DNA of 64,000 bases, taken from positions 248,001 through 312,000 of the forward strand of contig QPMI01000040.1 of assembly GCA_004431415.1 (NCBI GenBank). Reading direction: 5' to 3'. Position 1 is the stretch's first letter. Each line of letters starts with the position of its first letter. The position numbers and the translations under genes are program-made. The notes under the pieces are model-generated. The model made no database searches, was not told the origin of the DNA, and saw nothing but the letters and a program-made list of their open reading frames with translations. The stretch is from Cyanophora paradoxa CCMP329. Lineage: Eukaryota > Plantae > Glaucophyta. This document shows positions 12,901-21,400 of this stretch, piece by piece.

Positions 12901-14723
12901 ATGCTCGAGCTCTCCCGGGCCCGCGGTGCGCCCCCGCGCCCCCCGCCCTGCCCCGGCCCGCCTCCTCGCCCCCCTGACTCCCGGGTCCTCAGACCTCGGG
13001 CGCCCCGTCTTCCCCGTGTGGGCCGAGGCGCCCTTCCCCCTCGACGAGCGCGCCTCCGGCCTCCTCCGCGGCTGCCGCTTCCTCGACCTCTCCTCGTCCG
13101 CCCCGCCCCGCGCTTGGCTCAGCTTAGTTTAGTTAAGCTTTGCATGCGCAAAGATTTAAGCTTAGTTAAGATCTTAGCTTATCCAAGATCTAAGATCTAA
13201 GTCCGCCCCTTCCCACGCTTGGCTCGGCTTGCTCTCTTAGCTTGCGCCCCTCGGCCAGGCCGGCGCTCCTGGAGGCCGGGTTCCCCCCCCTCCTCGCCGA
13301 CGTGCGCCGCGCGGTGGAGGGCGCCGCCGCCGCCGACCCCGCAGCCTCTGAGGATCCCGCCCGCGTCCGCCCCGCCCCGCCCCTCCCCGCTCGGCTTGCA
13401 GGCTCTAAGCCCAAGTTCACCTGCTGGCAGGCGCTGCTCGCGATGCCGGGGGCGCGCTGCGCGGTGCGCCCGGGGTCCTTCCTCGCCCTCTGGTGCGCGC
13501 CGGAGGCCGCCCCCCACGCCGCCGCCGTCCTCGCCGCCCTCGCCTTCCGCGGCGTACCCTGCTGGCTCGACTGCCCCGTACCCCCTTTCCCTCTGCCCCT
13601 TCTCGTCCTCGTCCCTCGTGAGCCGCCCCGCCGCAGCTCCCGGGCGACTCGGCGGAGACGCGGGCGGCGGCGGACGCGGCGCTCGCCGCCTGCGCGGCGT
13701 TTGTACCCCTCCTCTCCCCCGCCCCCTCCGCCCACGACGATCGCCTCCTCGCCGAGCGCATCCGGGCGCGTACCCCCTCCCAGCGTACCCCCTTCCTCCC
13801 CTTCCGTTCTGTACCCCCTGAACCGTCGCGCGCGCAGCGCGCCCGCGCCGCCCACCGCCCCGTCCGCTCCGTTCTCCTCTCGGGCCTTCACGTGCGTCAT
13901 ACCCCTGGGGCTCTCCCCTTTTTTCGATTGATTTGAACGCATCTACCCAGGTCCCCCCGGCGCTGGAGTACTCGCTGGCGCGTACCCCCAAGTTCCCGTT
14001 CTTCCCCGAGGACCCCGACAGCTTCTTCCCCGTACCCCTCCCTTCCCCGCGCGCACCCCTCGCAATCAGCTTCCGGCTGACCCGCAGCCCCGGCCCGCAG
14101 TGCCTGAACGTGCTCCTAGCCGAGGCCGGCGGCCCCGCCCCCGCCGCCCCGGTACGGTACCCCGACCCCGAGCCTTCCCTCCCGCGCGCCCCTCGCCTGA
14201 ACGCGAACGACGCCGCGGGGCAGCCGAAGCTGGAGGGCCCGCCGGCGCTGCACGCGCCCGCGACCGCAGCCTCCCCCGAGGAATCGGTGCGCGCGCACGC
14301 GGCGGCGGCGGCGCCCGCTCCTTGGTTGAGCGGCGCTGACCGGTTCGGTGTGGCCCGCCAGGCCCGCGCGGCGGCGCTGCAGGCGGAGATCGCGGCGCGA
14401 GACCGCGAGCTAGAGCAGGTGACCCCTCATATCAGATCAGATCAGATCAGATCAGATCAGATCTTGACCCCTACCCCACTTACTCCGGGCGGGGAACGCA
14501 GCTCGAGGGGCGGGTCGCGGAGCTGGAGGCAGCAGCGGCCCGGGGCTCGAAGAAGGGGAAGAAGAAGGGCGGGACGCGGCCGAAGGGGACGCCGCCGCCC
14601 GACCCACCCCTCCTCCTCGCCCCGGGGCCGGGGCCCGCCGGGGCTTCCGGATCCCACGGGGCGGCGCCCCCGGGCAGCCATCGCGATCGGGAAGACAGGA
14701 GCAAGTCGTGCGCGCTGATGTGA
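6955..14723 (+). CDS. Multi-exon ankyrin-repeat + TIR + TIR + coiled-coil protein with C-terminal CaaX (paralog B; TIR1 retains the catalytic Glu)
   Basis: ATG 6955 MELEPSEALLMAAGAGDVREVR|DLLARGA...GRTALHEAARAGH. Many ankyrin repeats (EGYTPILKAAACGH, RPLYEAAAGGFPEVVRLLVQAGAD, GRSALECAAAGGHAGVVRLLASRGA, GRTPLLVAV, GETALHAAC). TIR1 reads RDAFIS|YGHHPPEVARFTARLRDRFQAEQVS|...MDEMKAT...WREQIGVGIRAARVVVFIASK|HSCASDWCMLELSRAR|DLGRPVFPVW. TIR2 reads FLALWCAPEAAPHAAAVLAALAFRGVPCWLDC...AFVPLLS. A coiled coil follows. The last exon (14502-14723) contains KKGKKK and ends RSKSCALM*. Confidence 0.88.
14430..14463 (+). repeat. (ATCAG)n microsatellite in the last intron of ankyrin-TIR paralog B
   Basis: atcagatcagatcagatcagatcagatcagatc read directly; related (GATCT/GACCT) tracts occur at about 34403-34437 and 35182-35210. 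Confidence 0.9.
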
Positions 14724-14787
14724 GGCGTACTAGGCTATGAAGGCTGCATGTATTTTAAGGATGATTTGAGGTTAGATTAAGGCTCAT

Positions 14788-14890
14788 AATCAGCTGGAAA
14801 TCAGCTGGAATCAGCTGGAATCAGGCGCGGCTTGGAATAATCAGATGAATTGTTTTTAATCAGCTGGAATCGGGCGCGGCTTGGATCAGA
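14788..14890 (+). repeat. Short tandem repeats (AATCAGCTGG units; ggcgcggcttgga x2) just 3' of paralog B
   Basis: aatcagctggaaatcagctggaatcagctggaatcagg ... taatcagctggaatcgggcgcggcttgga. Confidence 0.75.
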
Positions 14891-15467
14891 TTGAGTCATG
14901 CTTAGCTATAGCTACCCCCGCCCAGCTAGCAGGCTGATCGAATCAGGCGCCCCGGCACACATCATGGCATAGCTATAGATCTAGAAGCACAGGATCCAGA
15001 ACTCGCATTGTACATCTAACATGTTCTACATCTAAACATGAGAGGCACTGTTCTCTATCTGAACATGACACGTGCACGTTGAAAAACTGCAGCTGCACCG
15101 TTACTCTACCAGACACTCAGTGACTACAACTACTTTCAAATATTAGGCTCGGTGGCAATCGCCGCCGCCGCCGGCCGTCGCGGGGCCGCACGTCTCGAGG
15201 AAATTAAAGTCATGAAGCAAATTAAAGTAGCCGCGCGCGGCGGCGGCGGCGGAGAATATCGATGCAGTCATCATGGAAGGGGACATTGCTCCGAGGTCGC
15301 TGAGCGCCCTAACTTGCCTAACCTCAGGGCCTCACAAAGAAAACGTGATACACGCTTGCTTGCTTAAAGGAACGGAAGGTGACAGAAAGCTTAAGTATGT
15401 ATCGAGAGCCTTCCCGCAACAAATGACCATCTACAGCCAGCTAGCTAGTCTAGATCTAACATCATGA

Positions 15468-18400
15468 TCATGAACTGTGGGCGTGCCCGCCATGCATATG
15501 GCCATGGCCAGCGCGGCGGCCGTAGCCGCCCTCGCGATCGCGACTGCCGCCGGCGCCCTCCTCCTCGCCGCCGCCGTCGTCGTCGTCGTCGCTGTCCTCG
15601 TCGGCGCCCGCCCAGAGGTGCCTCATCGCCCGCGTCGAAGCAATACTCGCCGGGATCATGTGCACGAACTGGGGCGGAGGGGTCACGAAACTAAAGAAGC
15701 TTGAGACGAGCTAAGGAGACATGATCTAGCTAGATTGTTGTTAGTTCGTTAATCCGGGGCGGAGGGATCACGGAAGATAGAAGACGAGCCAAGCTTAAGA
15801 AGTTTGATGGCCACGGGATCATGTGCACGAACTGGGGCGGAGGGATTGGATCACGGAGGGAGACGAGCCCAGGAGACAAGATCTAGATCGCTGTTTGTTT
15901 GTTTGTTTGTTTGATTGGTTGTTTGTTGAAAATTATATTCGATCTAGATCCAGGTCCAGATCGCTGTCTGTTTGGTGGGCATGGGCACCTGCGACGTGCG
16001 GGAGCACTCCTCGCTGAGGCGGCGGAGCATGGGGCGGAAGATGAACTCTGCCAAAGGGGGCGGCGGAGTTCAACAACGCGCAATAAACAACGGTACAGGT
16101 CTCACGGTACAGGGCGGCCAGGAAGATGAGGATGCTCGCGAGCACGCAGGCTTCAGCTGCGCGGTCAAGCAACGTTCGCTCAAACAGAAACGAACAAGCG
16201 GAGCAAACGAAGCAAACCGGGGGCCGCGGACGGGAGCGGACCGAGGAGGACGGTGGCGCAAATTAGGAAATGGTGAAGTCTAATTTGTAAGACAAGTAGC
16301 TAAATCTAATTCATTCCGTTCTCTTTACTGGACTCCATATCGCGTTTGTAGTAAATGCATGCAAATTTTAAACGAAACAAGCTAATTGTATAAGGGCCGT
16401 GGACGGGAGCGGACGGACCGACGAGGATGGTGGCGATCTTCTCGGAGGCCTCCTGCACGTAGAGGTTCATCGCCTTGAGGCATCCTGGGCCTTGGTTACG
16501 CATACGCGAGGAACGCGAGTCGTGGCCGCAAGCTTAAGCTTAAGGCCTCTTGGTTCATGATCATGGCCACGAATGAACCAGATTAAATATTGGGTGGCTT
16601 AAGCTTAATGTAGCAGCTCAGCATTAAGTATTCAGATTCAAGATTGGGCCTAATCGAACCTTAAGCGGGGCCTCGAGTAAGCTCAAGCTTAAGGTTCATG
16701 GGAGCGAAGGGCTACGTTTGTTTGTTTGTTTGTTTGCTCGCTTTGTTTGATCTAGATCTAGATCGAGACCGGGATCGGCCTCCTGCACGCGGAGGTTCAC
16801 GGCCCTGAGGCAGTCGCTACGAACCCTGGTCCGTGTGGAACGGCGTGTCCACCACCTTCTCCAGGCCCTTGTACTCCCTGCGCGATCGCGAATTCGAATC
16901 CGATTTCGAATCCGAAGCCCAAGCGTAATCAAGCGCCCGAAGCTTAAGCGTAAGCGTAAGCGTCGGAGCTTGTTTAGGTGGCGCGAGGACGCGCGCTTAA
17001 GCTTCTGCCGGCACGTGCACGCGCGCGCGTCTTCTAATCTTTAGCTTAAGCTATATATATAACCATAAGCTTAAGCGGGCGCGAGCGCACTGCTGCAGCT
17101 TCGTGATGCTCCACTCGGGGCGGGCCGCGGCGGCTTCGCCCTCCTCCTCATGCGCAGGGATGTGGCGGTAGGCCCCCGACTCGTCCAGCATCCCCGCCGT
17201 CTGCGCCACCGACGTCCCCGCGTCCAGGTAGAAGTGCATCTGAACGGAAGCATTTCAGCATATATATGCATCCATTCGGATTGGACGAAGCATGATCATG
17301 ATGATGTCCTAAACCTGTTTTTAAAAGAACATCTTACCAATGAAGCTTAAGTTTTATCAAGATCTAGATCTAGATCTAGAGCTTATGTTATAATTAGCGT
17401 ATGTCTAGAGGCTTAGGTTTTCTTAAGATCTAGATCTTGGAGCTTGCGCACGGCTTGGTTGAGCCCTGCGCTGACTTCCGCGCGGTACTTTATCTTGTCT
17501 GTCCTGCACTCCTCCTCCTTGATAAGCAGGCAGCCCGGCTTGTACATGAGCGCTGGATCCGCAGCCCGGCTTGGGTCAGAGACGGAAGGAAGTCGATGGA
17601 AATCAGCGGCGCGCTGGGGCGCCGGCTCGCGCGCGCGCACCGTCGAGGGCGGCTATCCGGCCGTCGCCGCGCCCGGTTCCAAGCTCCGGGTCCCCGAACT
17701 GGAGCGCGCGGTGCTGCCGCGTGGCCTCTGCAATCGCCTCCTCGAGCCGCCGGGCCGCCTCCCGCCTCGGGAGGGGGAAGCCGGTGTTCGCGGCCACCTC
17801 CAGCGCCCAGAAGTTGACCTCGCGCAGCGTCGTCCGGCGCTCGGCCGCCACGCGAGCCTGTGTGCGTGTGTGCGCGCGCGCGGCACGAGTCGGAAGACAG
17901 ACGCCTCTTAAGGCACCGAGCGGCGCGCGCGCACCTCGGCGGGGATGCTGCTCGTCGTGTCCAGCACAAAGATGCAAACGGCGAAATTGATGGCGCACAC
18001 GGCCGCGAGGATAGCGAAGGCCTGCGGGCATGCATACACGTGAGTCGGGTCGGTCGGTGGGGTCGGGCATCAGCCTCATTCGAAAAACGTCAGAAATTCA
18101 GCGCACGATTGCGTAGTGCATGGTCATGCGACGGAAAATGGCATCTTCTGCCAATGGCGCGTTGCGCTTGCGGCCTCCCGCACGGGCATCGGCCTTGGCG
18201 AACGGGTTCCGCGCGCGGAACGCGGCGAGGAAGCGGGAGAGTACGGAGGATGATGCCGGCGGCGGCGGGGCGGCCGGCTCCGTGGCGGCCATGGCCGCTG
18301 GGGGGTTGAGGGTGGAGGGGTGGACCGCGGCGTTACGAAGGATTGAGGCTCGGCGTTGAGAGCGGTCGGGAAGGGTCGGCGCGAATGCAGATCCGGAGCC

Positions 18401-21400
18401 CTGCGGAGCGGCGGTTTATGTCGACAGAGATTATACGGGACGCGTTTGTTGGAGTCACGCACGATCGCGAGCAGCGGCAGGGGGGAGCTCGAGTGGGAGC
18501 GCGGGGGGTGGCCCTGGGAGCCCGCGAGGACGCGCGTCCGCCGGCCCACAGTTGGCAGCCCGCGGCCGACGTCGACGGACCCGGAGCCCGTGAAGCTGAC
18601 GATGGGCGAGCGCTGTCCGAGCTCGAGCGACGCTGGCGGCGGTGCGGCGTACTTCTTTGCAGCGGCGGCCAACTCCGACAGGCCCGCTGCGGTGTCCACC
18701 TCCGACTGCGCCGAACACCGCCTTCAGTACCGGCGCACGCGATCGGTTTAGCATCAAGGCAAGAAAGGCCCCACCAAACTGCCGAGAGGCTCGAAAGTAG
18801 CGAACGCGAACTGGCTGGAGTCTGCTCTGCCTCGAGTTGGCTGATCATGACCGGTACCGACAGGCGCGTCGAGCTCGCGATCGGGCGTCAATGTTCCGGT
18901 GCTCGCTCCTAGGTACAGGTCCATAGTAGGAATGGCTGATCCGTCGTCTTCCCTCGGGATTGAGGTACCTGCCGCCGATTTCGGCTGCCGCGAGCGCCTC
19001 GCAGGCGGCTCCGGATCATGAGAAAACGACGCGGATCTTGACGACGACGACGCCGGGATGGAAGGGGACTTCGGCCCCTCGTTGACGGCACCGCTGGCGT
19101 TGTCGGGTGCCGTGGATGTGGCGTCGACGTGGCTGGAAGCGCTGGGCGGGTCGTAAATGAAATCGCGGGCGAAGGTCAATGGAGCGACGCCACCCGCAGC
19201 CGATGGGTCGATTAGTGCTGGCGTCTTGATCAGCTTCTGCACGGGGCTGAACTCCGAGACGACGTCTTCGTGATCATGCATATGATCATGATCAGGCATC
19301 TCGAGGCTCGCGGGGCTGAGATTGACCACGACCGGGTCGGACGTGTCGCGCTCACACCCCGGACGCCCGGCATCGGTTGGGTGCTCGAGGCTGCCGAAAC
19401 GCGATGAGGCACGTCACAGCGGAGGGCATGAAAAGCAGCTATAACGTACGCGCGTCGACGTGCGTTAATGCTGACGCGCTTTGGATTCGGAAACAGTGCT
19501 GCATCCTGCTGGACGTTTAGATCGGAGCTGACTGTGCGCTCCGCGAGCCCCGAACTGGAACGCTCGCGCCGCGCCTTGCCCTTCGAGTCTTTCGACATCG
19601 GCGCTTGCTGCTCGTTGGCGCTTTGTCGGCCTGCTTGTGACTCGGCCGACCTCCGCCGGCTGCGTCCGTTGCGTGCTGGCTGCCGCCTTCCTCGAGCTCG
19701 GGCGCCGGCGCCGGCGCCCGAGCTGTCGCCCTTCATGGCAAGGGTGACATCGGGCCTGTCCAGAGATTCCGGATCCTGGTCCAAGTCTTGAACGACCACC
19801 ACGCGGTCCATCGCCTCATCGTCAGGACCATCTTCGCCTTGCTGTCGATCTGGAGACTCGAGATCCACGTCCGACCCGTCGGCGTTGTCGTCGTCGCTCT
19901 GACCGCCTTCGCCGCTGCCGTCGCTGCCGCTGTCGCCGTCCGAATCGGAGCTTCCCTGCGAGGCGATCTCCTCGTCCACGAACTGCCGCGCGCGAGCGAA
20001 TCTCCATCTTTCAGCGAACGGAACATGTACAGACAAATCGAAGGCAGGCCCGGCCCGCGCACGAGTGCTTCGCGGTACCACTTGGCGATTTGACGGATAA
20101 CTGCGTTGCTTGAGACGTCAGCGACGGCCGGGCGTTTGCCCAAGCACTTCTAGATCTCCGATGCGCACGCACCTGACGGAGGCGTCGCGTGTACGAGGTC
20201 CCCCAGGCCGTGCTTGGTCGAGCTACATGGACGGCACAGTCAAACGCGAAAACCAAACCAGGGGCGCGGAACTTTGGAAACACTATGGCCGCATTACGGG
20301 TCGAGCTACATGATCATAGACAGCACGGTCAAACGCGAAAACCAAATTAAACCAGGAGCGCGGAACTTCGTCAACCGAGCTGAAGCGCACCTGACGCGGC
20401 GGATGGCGGGGCGGATGACGAAGATGGCTGTGAAGGCGATGATGGCGACCTCGGCCGCGAAGAGGCCCCCCAGCGTCGTCTTGGCCGCCGCGATCGTGTC
20501 CACCATCTTCGATTTGCCGATGTCTTCTCTCAGTAAACGACAATTCGAATTTGAAGGCGGAGAGGTTCGCGCGCACCTCGCCGGCGTAGGCGAGGCTGAG
20601 CTGCTTGAGGGCCCAGTTGATGCCGCGGTCCGAGTCGCCGAGGCGCACGTTCTCAAACAGGTCGTTGAAGTTCTCCTAATTATAAGTAAACAAGTGAGCA
20701 ACTGGCAGCTTGCGCAAGGCAAAGTGCCTCTTAAAGCTTTGGATTTTGCGCGCCTGCTGAAAGATGCCGGGCGGGTGGAAGTCGGTCATCTTGAGGGCGA
20801 GCAGGCCGCGGCCCTGCGAGACCCACCGCTGCACCGCCTCCTGCGCATCGTCGACGTCTCTCGTGAGCGTGCGGGCGGGCGGCGGGGCGGGGCGGACAGC
20901 CCGGGGTTATAATCACCCAGAGGCTAAGGTCGACAACCTTCTTCGCGACAGATCCCAGGTCGGTTGTGCTCTGCACGAACATCACTGCGCACGCACGCGC
21001 ATGCCGTCGCTCAACTTTGCCGTTGCGAAATCGAGGAAATCGAGCGAACGAACGAACCCGTCTTGACTGGCATCTTAGTCCACGTGTGGATGACCCGCGG
21101 GTGGCTCGACGGGGGTGCCCCGGGGAGGCCAGTGAGGTACAGCCCTGCGAGGGCGGTGGCCCTCAGCGAACGAAGTTCTTATTATTAATGTTACAATCAC
21201 GGATCGCCACTTCGAACCCTGGCTCGTCGTCTCAAGGATCTTGTTGCGCGCGTCGAAGTAGTTGTGAATCGTGGCGAACTCTTTCGTGTTGTTCTCGTAC
21301 GCGTACATCTGCATCATCCGCATCCAGTACTGCACACGGGCGACGTGGAGCATCAGTCGAAGCGGGGGATCGCCTATATAATTAGTACTTCTTGCAATTT

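Noticed and set aside
183-14723. Bacterial Thoeris-like operon or prokaryotic contaminant as the origin of the TIR pair
   Set aside because: Both genes contain dozens of spliceosomal introns like their neighbours, plus eukaryotic lipidation motifs. No NB-ARC/NACHT Walker A was found, so they are not NLRs either.
17400-20200. Separate inserted element or nested gene within the TmcB-like locus
   Set aside because: The segments can be spliced as same-strand exons (disordered loop, then the TM helix AFAILAAVCAINFAVCIF); no transposase, TIR or LTR is seen.
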